The notes under the pieces are model-generated. The model had not been told where the DNA came from, did not search any database, and was given only the letters and a program-made list of their open reading frames with translations. This document shows positions 29,316 to 39,669 of a stretch of 64,000 nucleotides of DNA, piece after piece. The stretch comes from an uncultured Clostridia bacterium (GTDB lineage: Bacteria > Bacillota > Clostridia > Christensenellales > UBA1242): contig CALBKX010000024.1 in NCBI GenBank assembly GCA_937895935.1, positions 72,728 through 136,727 on the forward strand, written 5' to 3'. Made by a program: the position numbers and the translations under genes. Every line of letters begins with the position of its first letter. Position 1 is the first letter of the stretch.

Positions 29316-30632
29316 ATGGATTTAGAAGAATTAAAACAGAAAAAAATATCAGCAATCAGTTTGGGATGCGATAAAAATAGAGTAGATTTAGAAAAAATGC
29401 TTTATAATTTAAAAAATTTTGGCTTTAAAATTGTTGATGATATAAGTGATTGTGAAATAATTATAGTTAATACTTGTGCTTTTATATCACCAGCAGTTAG
29501 TGAATCTATTCAAAACATTTTGTTGGCAATTGATGAAAAAAATTACAAGTGTGAAAAAGTAATTGTAACTGGTTGCCTAAATAGTAGATTTGAAAATGAA
29601 ATTGAATCTTTAATAAAAGATGTAGATTGTTTTGTCACTTTAAAGGATAACAGTCAAATAGTAAACAAAATACTGGAATTGTATGGATTAAGTTCAAACT
29701 ACACTTATAAAAATGGAAGATTGCTTACAAATTTTTCACATTATGCTTTTTTAAAAATTGCAGATGGTTGTGACAATGGTTGTGCATATTGTACTATACC
29801 TAGGATTCGTGGCAGATATAAGTCGGTGCCGATGGATGAATTAATAAGTGAAGCAAAAAACTTGGCAGAACAAGGTGTTAAAGAGTTAATTTTGGTAGCT
29901 CAAGACATAACAAGGTATGGAATAGACATTTATCATAAATATTCATTGATTGACCTTATTAAATCACTATCAAAAATAAAGAATATTGAATGGATAAGGC
30001 TTCATTATTGCTATCCAGAAATGGTAACAAATGAGTTATTGGATGAAATCAAAAATAATCCAAAGGTTTGTAAATATATTGATGTACCTCTTCAACACAT
30101 AGATGATAAAATATTAAATAATATGAATAGGAGGTCTAATGAACAACAAGTTAGAGATTTAATAAAAAATATTAAAAAAAATTATCCTGAAATTGCAATA
30201 AGAAGTACTTTTATAATAGGTTTTCCAGGTGAAACAAGACATCAATTTAATAAACTTATTAAATTTATTGAAGATTATAAACTGGATAATGTTGGATTTT
30301 TCCCTTTTTATAAAGAAGAAAAAACTAAGGCTTTCTTTATGAAAAAACAAATTCCAAATTTTATAAAAAAGCATCGCCTAAAAAAGATACAAAAAGTACA
30401 AGAAAGAGTTATGAATGCAAACAATATAAACAGGATTGGCTCCATCACCCCAGTAATAATAGATTATTTTGATTGTGAGTATGGATATTTTGTTGGAAGA
30501 ACAAACCAGAATTCACCTGATGTTGATTTTTACATATATTTTGAAGATAATCCAAAAATAAAAGTAGGAAATATTTACCAAGCAAAAATTATTGGTTATT
30601 ATAATTCAATGTTTAAAGGAGAGATAATATAA
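29316..30632 (+). CDS. rimO: Ribosomal protein S12 methylthiotransferase RimO
   Basis: SLGCDKNRVDLE, NTCAFI, radical-SAM CAYCTIP, C-terminal TRAM domain. Confidence 0.85.
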   Translation: MDLEELKQKKISAISLGCDKNRVDLEKMLYNLKNFGFKIVDDISDCEIIIVNTCAFISPAVSESIQNILLAIDEKNYKCEKVIVTGCLNSRFENEIESLIKDVDCFVTLKDNSQIVNKILELYGLSSNYTYKNGRLLTNFSHYAFLKIADGCDNGCAYCTIPRIRGRYKSVPMDELISEAKNLAEQGVKELILVAQDITRYGIDIYHKYSLIDLIKSLSKIKNIEWIRLHYCYPEMVTNELLDEIKNNPKVCKYIDVPLQHIDDKILNNMNRRSNEQQVRDLIKNIKKNYPEIAIRSTFIIGFPGETRHQFNKLIKFIEDYKLDNVGFFPFYKEEKTKAFFMKKQIPNFIKKHRLKKIQKVQERVMNANNINRIGSITPVIIDYFDCEYGYFVGRTNQNSPDVDFYIYFEDNPKIKVGNIYQAKIIGYYNSMFKGEII

Positions 30633-31210
30633 TGAATTTACCAAATAAACTTTCTATGTTAAGAATTTTTCTTATACCATTTTTAATATTTTTTTATTTA
30701 GAGCCATTTTTTCCATATGGGAAAATAATAGCAATTGCTATTTTTATCATTGCTGCTTTCACGGATATGCTAGATGGAAAAATCGCTAGAAAATATAATT
30801 TAGTGACAAACTTAGGAAAACTTTTAGACCCAATTGCTGATAAACTTTTGGTTGTTTCTGGGTTACTTTTAGTTGTTATAGACCAAACCATACCACATCC
30901 ATATGGTGTTATTATTGCAATTATCATTATTGGTAGGGAATTACTTATTTCTGCTTTTAGACAAATTGCTGCATCACAAAATATTGTTATGGCTGCAGAT
31001 GGTTTTGGAAAATTAAAAACATTGACTCAAGATATTGCAATACCTTTTCTTTTCCTAATTTCATTTTTAGGAAATGATATTGTTATAAACTCAACAGCAC
31101 TTTTAGTCTTACAAATTATTGGTTACTGCTTAATTTGTTTTGCTACATTATTTACTATACTTTCAGGAGTAAATTATATTATTAATAATAAAAATGTTTT
31201 AAAAGGTTAA
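30632..31210 (+). CDS. pgsA: CDP-diacylglycerol--glycerol-3-phosphate 3-phosphatidyltransferase
   Basis: CDP-alcohol phosphotransferase motif DGKIARKYNLVTNLGKLLDPIADK. Confidence 0.92.
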   Translation: MNLPNKLSMLRIFLIPFLIFFYLEPFFPYGKIIAIAIFIIAAFTDMLDGKIARKYNLVTNLGKLLDPIADKLLVVSGLLLVVIDQTIPHPYGVIIAIIIIGRELLISAFRQIAASQNIVMAADGFGKLKTLTQDIAIPFLFLISFLGNDIVINSTALLVLQIIGYCLICFATLFTILSGVNYIINNKNVLKG

Positions 31211-31212
31211 AT

Positions 31213-32400
31213 ATGGTACACATTTTTACATTTAGTGATAAAGCTTTAATAGGTAAAACAGAAAACAAATCTGCAAAATTTTTATGTGAAAATCTTTATA
31301 AGTACAATTTTATAATTGAAGAATCTTGTATTTATAGTTCAAATTTTAATTTTGAAAATATTTCCTTTAAAAATAAGGATATTTACTTTCTGCTTATGCA
31401 AAAATCTAATATAAATTTAAATGAAAAATTAGCAAAACTATGCGGTAAAAATCTTATTTATAATGAAACTTTAAAAAAAGTAGTTAGTGAATACTTTTCA
31501 AGAAAAAATATTCCTATAGACAAATTTAGTGAAAATGAATGGCAATTACCTGAAAGTGCAATTCCTATAACAAACCCAAACGGAACAACTCAAGGCTTTT
31601 ATTTAAAAATTGCGGATTCATCAATATTTGTTTTACCAAATAACTATGAAGAGTTTCTATCCATATTTAATGATTGTTTATTATCGTTTTTAGAGGAAAA
31701 CTTTCCAATTGAATATAAATCTGAAACATATAAAACTTTTGGGCTAAGTGAAACTATTTTAAAACAAGCAATAAAAGACCAAATAAAAAACAAAGATAAG
31801 GTAAATGTGTCAATTTTTTCTAAGGGTTTAGAAAACGATATAGTAATCAAGGCAAAAAATAACAACGAAAAATTTGGTTATTATCGTCAGTTAATTTTTG
31901 ACAAATTAGAAAATTATATTTATGCTGTGCAACCTATTTCAATGGATGAATATTTGGAAAATTTGATATTTTCAAATAACGCTAAAATCACCATAATTGG
32001 GGATGCATCTATAAATAATATTATTAATAATTTATCTTTACATATTATTAAAGATAATGTTATTGGTTTATTTGAATTGCCAAATACTCATTCAAAAATA
32101 AATTTTGGAATAGATAATAATCAAATAGAAAATTTTGGAGAGGAGAGTGCGGAAATAGCATATGACCTTGCTGTAAAGGCACTGGAAAAATTTGGTAATA
32201 CTGATTTGATTTTATCTTGCCTAGTAAGTTATTCAAATAATAGTTGTGTGGTTTATATAGCCATAGGAAATAAAGTTAAAATTGACATTTATAAGAATCA
32301 ATTTTTTGGAAGCGAACAAGAAATTATGTCAAATATTTCTCAATCTGCAAAATTTTACTTAATTAAAAAATTAAAAACCAAGGATTATAAAACTATTTAA
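31213..32400 (+). CDS. Highly diverged CinA-like protein (catalytic motifs not conserved)
   Basis: Occupies the conserved pgsA-cinA-recA position. Collinear weak similarity to CinA, e.g. LIYNETLKKVVSEYFSRKNI and LPNNYEEFLSIF against the B. subtilis CinA regions. GGLGPT.DD and AES.TGG are replaced. Confidence 0.55.
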   Translation: MVHIFTFSDKALIGKTENKSAKFLCENLYKYNFIIEESCIYSSNFNFENISFKNKDIYFLLMQKSNINLNEKLAKLCGKNLIYNETLKKVVSEYFSRKNIPIDKFSENEWQLPESAIPITNPNGTTQGFYLKIADSSIFVLPNNYEEFLSIFNDCLLSFLEENFPIEYKSETYKTFGLSETILKQAIKDQIKNKDKVNVSIFSKGLENDIVIKAKNNNEKFGYYRQLIFDKLENYIYAVQPISMDEYLENLIFSNNAKITIIGDASINNIINNLSLHIIKDNVIGLFELPNTHSKINFGIDNNQIENFGEESAEIAYDLAVKALEKFGNTDLILSCLVSYSNNSCVVYIAIGNKVKIDIYKNQFFGSEQEIMSNISQSAKFYLIKKLKTKDYKTI

Positions 32401-32405
32401 AAAAT

Positions 32406-32420
32406 AGTACAAATGTTTGC
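32406..32420 (+). promoter_or_regulatory. Candidate LexA (SOS/Cheo-type) box upstream of recA
   Basis: AGTACAAATGTTTGC. It shares the exact 11-mer ACAAATGTTTG with the box at the lexA promoter and resembles GAAC-N4-GTTC. Confidence 0.5.
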
Positions 32421-32566
32421 TTGATTTAAAAAAATATGATATATTTTTAATGTAATATATAGTTTTTCAAAAAAGTTAGATATTTTGAGTCTTAAAGAAC
32501 TTTTTGAAGATTTAAAACAATAAATATTTTTGGAAAACATAAGTTGAATACTTTATAGGAGAAAAT

Positions 32567-33589
32567 ATGGAAGATAAGAAAAAAATATTAGAACAAGCAA
32601 TTTTAAATATTGAAAAACAATTTGGAAAAGGCTCAATAATGCGTTTAGGTGATGCACCTGATCAAAAAATTGAAGTTATTCCAACAGGATGTTTGCCACT
32701 TGATTTAGCTTTAGGTTGTGGTGGTATGCCTAGAGGAAGAATTGTTGAAATTTACGGACCTGAATCTTCAGGTAAAACTACACTTGCATTGCACGTAGTA
32801 GCAGAGGCACAAAAACTTGGTGGTACTGCAGCATTTATTGATGCAGAGCACGCTCTTGACCCTGTTTATGCTAGCAAGTTAGGAGTTAATATAAACGACT
32901 TGTACGTTTCTCAACCTGACAATGGTGAACAAGCACTTGATATATGTGATTCTCTTGTTAGAACCGGTGCTGTTGACGTAGTCGTAGTTGACTCAGTTGC
33001 AGCCCTAACACCAAAAGCAGAAATTGATGGCGATATGGGCGATCAACATATGGGATTGCAAGCGAGATTAATGAGCCAAGCTATGAGAAAAATTGCAGGC
33101 ATTGCTAATAAAAGCAAAACTTGTATAATTTTTATTAATCAGTTACGTGAAAAAATTGGCGTTATGTTTGGTAATCCTGAAACTACAGCGGGAGGAAAAG
33201 CATTAAAATTCTATGCAAGTATCAGAATTGATATTCGCAGAGTAGACGCTATTAAAGATGGTACCAATATTATTGGTAATAAAACTAGAGCAAAAATTGT
33301 TAAAAACAAACTTGCTCCTCCATTTAAAACTGTTGAATTTGATATTATGTATGGAGAAGGAATTTCAAAAATTGGTTCAACCTTAGATATGGCAATTGAA
33401 CTTAATATAATACAAAAAACTGGTTCTTGGTTCTCTTATAACGATGAAAAAATCGCTCAAGGAAAAGAAAATTGTAAACAATATTTAAAGGAGCATTCAG
33501 ATATATATCAAGAAATTGAAACTAAAGTACGTGAAAGAATATCAAATGGTGATAAATTGGCAGATAACATAACTGATCAAGCGGAGTAA
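32567..33589 (+). CDS. recA: Recombinase RecA
   Basis: GPESSGKTT Walker [10 protein letters not shown] and L1/L2 regions are highly conserved. Confidence 0.98.
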   Translation: MEDKKKILEQAILNIEKQFGKGSIMRLGDAPDQKIEVIPTGCLPLDLALGCGGMPRGRIVEIYGPESSGKTTLALHVVAEAQKLGGTAAFIDAEHALDPVYASKLGVNINDLYVSQPDNGEQALDICDSLVRTGAVDVVVVDSVAALTPKAEIDGDMGDQHMGLQARLMSQAMRKIAGIANKSKTCIIFINQLREKIGVMFGNPETTAGGKALKFYASIRIDIRRVDAIKDGTNIIGNKTRAKIVKNKLAPPFKTVEFDIMYGEGISKIGSTLDMAIELNIIQKTGSWFSYNDEKIAQGKENCKQYLKEHSDIYQEIETKVRERISNGDKLADNITDQAE

Positions 33590-35790
33590 TATAATTCAAT
33601 ATAGTTACTATTTCCGCTTTGCAACTCATTTTTTGTTTTATAGTCTATTAATTTTGTTTTTATATAATATTTATACAGTTTATTTGGGCTTTGACTTATT
33701 GTGTAGGTTACAGGCCCATATTTATTGCTAATATTTGCTATTAATTCTTCTTTATCATCTGTGATTCTATATATATCGTATAAACAGTATAAATTTGCGT
33801 TAAAACTTATATTTGCAACACCATTTAACACTTTTCCTTCAATGTTTACAGCATCAACTGTAAGTTTACTGCTATAATTTTCTTTAGGTGGATTAAACCT
33901 AGAAAAATATGCTTTTTCTCTGTATCTTTCTGGTAAAAAATTATTTGCTCTGTAAATTATATGTTCATTATCTCTGGCGAGAGTATCTATTTCTTCCTCA
34001 ACAATTGATGAAGGTATTTTAAAATCGTTTGGTTTTTTATTTGCATATATTTGTTGCATATATTTTTTAACAAAAGCGGTTGGGGTTCCTCCACCAACTA
34101 TGTTTATTGGAGTATTATCCAAATTGCCAATCCAACAACCTACGACATCTTCTGAAGTATAACTAATGTTGTAAGCATCTAAGTTTTTCTTTGCATTTGA
34201 AGAAGTCCCTGTTTTTGATGCAACATAAAAATCTAAATCGCTTAGTCTTTTCGCTGTACCTGTTTTTGAACAACTATGTAACATATCTGTCATTAAAAAT
34301 GCAGTATCACTACGATAAATTGTTTTAGAATTTTCGTTATTTTTGTATATAACTCTTCCTTTGCTATCTAGAATATAGTCAATAAACTTTGCTTCGTTGT
34401 ATACTCCATAATTTGCGAATGTTTGATAACAATTTGTCAAGTTTTTAAGTCCTATCCCATAAGTCATTCCACCTAATGCTAAGGCTAAATTATTATCTTT
34501 TTCATCAAAATCAATTTTTTGTCTTTCAAGATAACTTTTTGCTTTATTTACGCCAATGTAACTTAAAATTTTTACTGCTGGAATATTCAACGAATTGCTT
34601 AGTGCTTTTTTTACATTTACATAACCATATTCTTTGTCGCCTATATTTTGAGGCTCATAACCATTTATTGTGATTTTTTCATCCAAAATAACTGTGCTGG
34701 GTGATATAATATTTTCGTTAATTGCAGGAGCATAAACTAATATTGGTTTAATTGCAGAAGCGGGTGGGCGTACAACATTGGTAAGTGGTAAATTACTTTT
34801 TTCAACATATGCCTCAATTTTTCCATTATTTGCGTTTAAAGAAATCATTGCACAATCCTCTTTTAAACTTTTATCAATGGAATTTTCTAAAGCCTTTTGT
34901 TTATCCTTGTCCATATTAGTAAAAATCCTATAATTTCCAATAGCAATTTGTTTTTCTGGCATTTTTAATATACTTTCTGCTTCTTTTATTGTTGCTTTTG
35001 CATATGAATTCATTTCCAAACTATCAGAGTTAATTTCAATAAGTGTTTTAATATTTTTAGCTGATTTATATTCTGTATTTGAAATTTTGTTATCTTTAAG
35101 CATTTCACTTAAAACAAGGTCTCTTCTTGACATACAATTATTATATTGTTTAACAGGATGATATCGGTTTGGTGATTTGATTATTCCAGCCAAAATGGCA
35201 CTTTCATCTAAAGTGAGTTTACTGACAGGCTTAGAAAAATAATGCTCACTTGCATTTTGTATTCCATAACAATTATCACCAAAATATATAATATTTAAAT
35301 AATATTCTAAAATTTGGTCTTTGGAAAATTCTTTTTCTAGTTTTTTTGTTAATTTAATTTCATTAATTTTTCTTTTAATAGACTTTTCATTTGTTAAATG
35401 TGTATTTTTTATCAATTGCTGTGAAATTGTTGAAGCACCTTCCTTAAAACTAAACGAGGCTAAATTTTTAGCGGTTGCTGATATTATTCTCTTATAATTA
35501 ATTCCTTTATGATTGTAAAAATTTTTATCTTCTATGCTTAAAAAACATTCTACGGTTTGTTTAGGTATTTGTTCTAATTTAACATAATCACCATTAATAA
35601 AAGTGTGTTCTAGAGGTCTTTTTTCAATATCATAAATACTTATTGAAAGGTTAGAGTTTTTTATTTTATTTGCGTCAAATGATACTGGAGATAAAAAGAA
35701 AATTAAACTAAAATATCCAACAACAAAAAGAATAGCTATTATACTAACTATTATTCCTATTTTTATAAATCTCTTAGCAAATTTTTTCAT
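33577..35790 (-). CDS. Class A penicillin-binding protein (glycosyltransferase + transpeptidase)
   Basis: GT51 motifs [11 protein letters not shown] and GASTISQQL. Transpeptidase motifs SAIKP (SxxK) and KTGT. N-terminal TM anchor. Confidence 0.9.
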   Translation of the reverse strand: MKKFAKRFIKIGIIVSIIAILFVVGYFSLIFFLSPVSFDANKIKNSNLSISIYDIEKRPLEHTFINGDYVKLEQIPKQTVECFLSIEDKNFYNHKGINYKRIISATAKNLASFSFKEGASTISQQLIKNTHLTNEKSIKRKINEIKLTKKLEKEFSKDQILEYYLNIIYFGDNCYGIQNASEHYFSKPVSKLTLDESAILAGIIKSPNRYHPVKQYNNCMSRRDLVLSEMLKDNKISNTEYKSAKNIKTLIEINSDSLEMNSYAKATIKEAESILKMPEKQIAIGNYRIFTNMDKDKQKALENSIDKSLKEDCAMISLNANNGKIEAYVEKSNLPLTNVVRPPASAIKPILVYAPAINENIISPSTVILDEKITINGYEPQNIGDKEYGYVNVKKALSNSLNIPAVKILSYIGVNKAKSYLERQKIDFDEKDNNLALALGGMTYGIGLKNLTNCYQTFANYGVYNEAKFIDYILDSKGRVIYKNNENSKTIYRSDTAFLMTDMLHSCSKTGTAKRLSDLDFYVASKTGTSSNAKKNLDAYNISYTSEDVVGCWIGNLDNTPINIVGGGTPTAFVKKYMQQIYANKKPNDFKIPSSIVEEEIDTLARDNEHIIYRANNFLPERYREKAYFSRFNPPKENYSSKLTVDAVNIEGKVLNGVANISFNANLYCLYDIYRITDDKEELIANISNKYGPVTYTISQSPNKLYKYYIKTKLIDYKTKNELQSGNSNYIELYYSA

Positions 35791-35891
35791 TGAGTCTATT
35801 ATTTGTATTTATTACTAAAATATACACTATACATAGTGTTAATAATTTGCTTATTTTCTAAAATCTATTCAAAAAATTATAGCAATTTTTT

Positions 35892-35908
35892 AACATTTGT
35901 TGTATAAT
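35892..35908. promoter_or_regulatory. AAC-N4-GTT palindrome abutting a TATAAT -10 in the PBP/miaB divergent region (possible LexA-type box)
   Basis: AACATTTGTT (35892-35901) is the reverse complement of the AACAAATGTT core at the lexA promoter. TATAAT lies at 35903-35908. Confidence 0.3.
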
Positions 35909-35925
35909 TTATCTTGGAGAAATTT

Positions 35926-37062
35926 ATGTTTTATACTATTGTTACATTTGGATGTCAAATGAACGTCCATGAATCAGAAAAAATTGCAGGAATGCTTGAA
36001 AATATGGGTTATAACCCTACTGACGATAAAGAAAAGGCAGATATAATAGTTTTTAATACTTGTGCTATACGCGAAGGTGCAGAGGATAGAGCACTTGGAA
36101 ACATTGGAAACCTTAAAAAAATGAAAAAAGCAAATCCAAATAAGATAATCGCGGTTGCTGGCTGTATGACACAACAAAAACAAGTAGCAGAAAAATTATT
36201 TAAAACTTTTCCTTTTATAGATATAATTGTCGGAACACATAATTTATATGAATTACCAAACTTGATTAATTTAAAACTCAACGAAAATAAAAGAAGTATA
36301 GAAAATTCTGGGATTGAGTCTATCAATGAAAGTGTTCCAGTAAGTAGAACTAGTGGAGAAAATGCTTGGGTAAATATAATGTATGGTTGTAATAATTTTT
36401 GCTCTTATTGTATTGTCCCATATGTTAGAGGTAGGGAAATTAGCCGTAAAAAGTCTGATATTTTAAATGAATGTAAGCAAATAATTAACAGTGGCAAATA
36501 TAAGCAAATAACTTTACTTGGACAAAATGTCAATTCATACCTTTGCCCTGATGATAACTCTAATTTTGCTTCTCTTTTAAAAGATATATGTGCTTTAGAT
36601 GGTGATTTTAAATTAACATTTATGACCAGTCATCCAAAAGATATTTCAGATGAAGTGATTGACATTCTTGCTTTTGAGCCAAAAATATTAAAAGAGTTAC
36701 ACTTGCCAGTCCAAAGTGGTAGTAGTAAAATATTAAAAGCGATGAATCGTAAATATACGCGTGAGCACTATTTAAATATAATTGATAAGTTAAAAAGCAA
36801 AATCCCAAACATCAGGCTTACAACGGACATAATTGTTGGTTTCCCTGGAGAAATGGATGAAGATTTTGAGGAAACAATATCACTAATTAAATATGTTAAG
36901 TATGATGGGATTTTTGCTTTTATGTATTCAAAAAGATCAGGTACATTGGCAGAAAAAATGGAAAATCAAATTCCAGATAATATAAAGAATTATAGAGTAA
37001 ATAAAGTTTTAGAAGTTGAAAAAGAAATACAAAAAGAAAAGGAAGAGAGAAATGGCGAGTGA
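35926..37062 (+). CDS. miaB: tRNA-i6A37 methylthiotransferase MiaB, lacking the C-terminal TRAM domain
   Basis: TFGCQMNVHESE, NTCAIREGAEDR, radical-SAM CSYCIVPYVRG. GGAGA RBS before the ATG at 35926. Ends shortly after the radical-SAM core. Confidence 0.85.
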   Translation: MFYTIVTFGCQMNVHESEKIAGMLENMGYNPTDDKEKADIIVFNTCAIREGAEDRALGNIGNLKKMKKANPNKIIAVAGCMTQQKQVAEKLFKTFPFIDIIVGTHNLYELPNLINLKLNENKRSIENSGIESINESVPVSRTSGENAWVNIMYGCNNFCSYCIVPYVRGREISRKKSDILNECKQIINSGKYKQITLLGQNVNSYLCPDDNSNFASLLKDICALDGDFKLTFMTSHPKDISDEVIDILAFEPKILKELHLPVQSGSSKILKAMNRKYTREHYLNIIDKLKSKIPNIRLTTDIIVGFPGEMDEDFEETISLIKYVKYDGIFAFMYSKRSGTLAEKMENQIPDNIKNYRVNKVLEVEKEIQKEKEERNGE

Positions 37063-39667
37063 AAAAAAGGTAAAATATGAACCTTCTGATATGATGCAAC
37101 ATTATTTAAGAACAAAAGACCAATATAGTGATTGTGTTTTGTTTTATCGGTTAGGGGATTTTTACGAATTATTTTTTGATGACGCTGTCACTATGTCAAA
37201 AGTTTTAGATTTAACATTGACTGGCAAAGAATGGGGAATGCCAGAAAGAGCACCTATGTGTGGTATTCCTTATCATGCAGTTGATAATTACATAAACAAA
37301 CTAATAAATCTTGGTTATAAAATAGCAATATGTGAACAAACTTCAACTCCACAAAAAGGGAAAATTGTAGAAAGGGAAGTTGTAAGAGTAATTACTGCAG
37401 GCACTGTAGTTGATGCAGGAGTTATTGATGAAAACAGTTATAATTATATTTGTTCCGTTTATCAAAATGATAACAAGATAGGTGTTGCTCTATGTGAACT
37501 TACAACAGGAAAATTTGTTATTGCTGATTATGACGGCGAAAATTGTTTTGATAAATTAAATGATTTTTTAGTTAGATCTATGCCTTCAGAAATAATATGC
37601 AAGCATAATTATAATTTACGTAACTTATTATCTTCTGTTAAATTAAATATTCTTCCTGAATTTACAGAATATAACGAAGAAAAATTTTCAGCCAATTTAG
37701 CAAATGAATTACTTACAAAATATTTTGGCGTTAATTTTGAATCAAAATATGATTTAAAAAATTATAACTATGGTCAAATAGCAGGAGGCGCATTACTTGC
37801 TTATCTTGAAGAAACTCAAAAACGTTCTTTAGTTCATATCAATAAAATAGAAAAAGAAAAATCTTCTGATTTTATGCAAATTGATTTAAATACTAGAAGA
37901 AATCTAGAAATTCTAGAAACGTTAAAAGATAGAAGGAAAAAAGGGTCGTTAATCTCAGTAATAGATAAAACTAAAACCACTATGGGTACAAGATTAATGA
38001 AATCTTGGCTTTTTGAACCACTATATAATGAACAAGAAATAAACGGACGTTTAGATGCTGTTGAAGAGTTAATAAAAAAATTAATGACTCGTGATGAAAT
38101 AAAAGATATTTTATGTAAAGTTACTGACATTGAAAGAATATCAGGAAGAATTGCTTATGGCAATTTTACACCTAAGGATGCTGTTTCTTTAAGAGTTACT
38201 TTAGCACTTTTCCCTAAATTGTTTGATTTGTTATCTAAATTTGATAATGCAAAATTAAAAGCGTTCAAAAATATGTTGCCTGATTTTACCGAGATTACTC
38301 AAATATTGAACAATGCTTTTGTAGAACAGCCACCTGCAATTTTAAGTGGGGGCGGATTTATAAAAAATGGTTTTAATAAGGAATTGGATGAGTATAGAAG
38401 TATAAAGTCAAACGTTGAAAAATGGATATCAAAACTAGAAGTAAAAGAAAAAGAATTGACTGGAATTAAAAATTTAAAAATTGGTTTCAATAGGGTTTAT
38501 GGATATTATATTGAAATTAATAAAATGTTCTCCGCAGACGTACCAGTTCGTTATACAAGAAAACAAACAGTAGCAAATTGTGACAGATATTTAACTGATG
38601 AACTTCGTGATTTACAAATTAAAATTGAAAATGCAGATGAAAATTCTATAAAATTAGAACAAACTATTTTTAAGGAAATTAGAGAAAAATTATTGCAAAA
38701 TTGTTCAAAAATACAAACTGCTTCAAAAATTGTTGCTGAATTAGATTGTTTGTTATCTTTTGCAGAATTAGCGGTAAAAAATAATTATATAAAACCGAAA
38801 GTAAGTTCAAAAATCAATCACATTTTAATTGAAGAAGGAAGACATCCTGTGGTTGAAGAATTAAACAAAAACTCATCATTTATTCCTAATGATACACTTT
38901 TGGACTGTAATGATAATAAAATTATGATTATAACTGGCCCTAATATGGCTGGTAAAAGCACTTATATGCGACAAGTTGCTGTTATAACACTGCTTGCACA
39001 CATTGGTTGTTTTGTGCCTGCAAAAAGGGCTGAAATATCGTTAACTGACAGAATTTTTACTCGTGTTGGTGCAAGTGATGACTTAGCTGTTGGACAGTCT
39101 ACATTTATGGTTGAAATGATGGAGGTAGCAAACATTTTAAATAATGCAACAAATAAGAGTTTGGTTGTTTTGGATGAAATAGGTCGTGGAACATCAACAT
39201 ATGACGGATTATCTATCGCTTGGGCTGTTGTAGAAGAAATAGCCACAAAAATGAATTGTAAAACTATGTTTGCAACACATTATCACGAATTGACCGAACT
39301 TGAAGGTTTTATGGATGGTGTAAAAAATTATCAAATACTTATTAAAGAAATAAATGGTCAATTAGTTTTTCTTAGAAAAATACAACGTGGCGGGGCAAAT
39401 AGGAGTTATGGAATTGAGGTTGCAGAACTTGCTGGTGTTAATAAATCTGTCATTGATAGAGCAAAAACAATTTCTATTGAATTAGAAAAAAATGATTTAT
39501 CTAACCATATAGTTAAAAATGTTTCACAAAATCCCGAAGAAACTGTTGAGAAAGAAAAATCTTATACAAATGTTATAGCGATATTAAAAGACATTGATGT
39601 TAATAAAATAACGCCACTTGGTGCTTTTGAAACACTATGTGATTTAGTTCAAAAAGTAAAAGGATAA
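37052..39667 (+). CDS. mutS: DNA mismatch repair protein MutS
   Basis: N-terminal MMQHYLRTKDQY...GDFYELFFDDA and Walker A GPNMAGKST. The start at 37052 (MASEKK) overlaps the miaB stop by 11 nt. Confidence 0.95.
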   Translation: MASEKKVKYEPSDMMQHYLRTKDQYSDCVLFYRLGDFYELFFDDAVTMSKVLDLTLTGKEWGMPERAPMCGIPYHAVDNYINKLINLGYKIAICEQTSTPQKGKIVEREVVRVITAGTVVDAGVIDENSYNYICSVYQNDNKIGVALCELTTGKFVIADYDGENCFDKLNDFLVRSMPSEIICKHNYNLRNLLSSVKLNILPEFTEYNEEKFSANLANELLTKYFGVNFESKYDLKNYNYGQIAGGALLAYLEETQKRSLVHINKIEKEKSSDFMQIDLNTRRNLEILETLKDRRKKGSLISVIDKTKTTMGTRLMKSWLFEPLYNEQEINGRLDAVEELIKKLMTRDEIKDILCKVTDIERISGRIAYGNFTPKDAVSLRVTLALFPKLFDLLSKFDNAKLKAFKNMLPDFTEITQILNNAFVEQPPAILSGGGFIKNGFNKELDEYRSIKSNVEKWISKLEVKEKELTGIKNLKIGFNRVYGYYIEINKMFSADVPVRYTRKQTVANCDRYLTDELRDLQIKIENADENSIKLEQTIFKEIREKLLQNCSKIQTASKIVAELDCLLSFAELAVKNNYIKPKVSSKINHILIEEGRHPVVEELNKNSSFIPNDTLLDCNDNKIMIITGPNMAGKSTYMRQVAVITLLAHIGCFVPAKRAEISLTDRIFTRVGASDDLAVGQSTFMVEMMEVANILNNATNKSLVVLDEIGRGTSTYDGLSIAWAVVEEIATKMNCKTMFATHYHELTELEGFMDGVKNYQILIKEINGQLVFLRKIQRGGANRSYGIEVAELAGVNKSVIDRAKTISIELEKNDLSNHIVKNVSQNPEETVEKEKSYTNVIAILKDIDVNKITPLGAFETLCDLVQKVKG

Positions 39668-39669
39668 TA

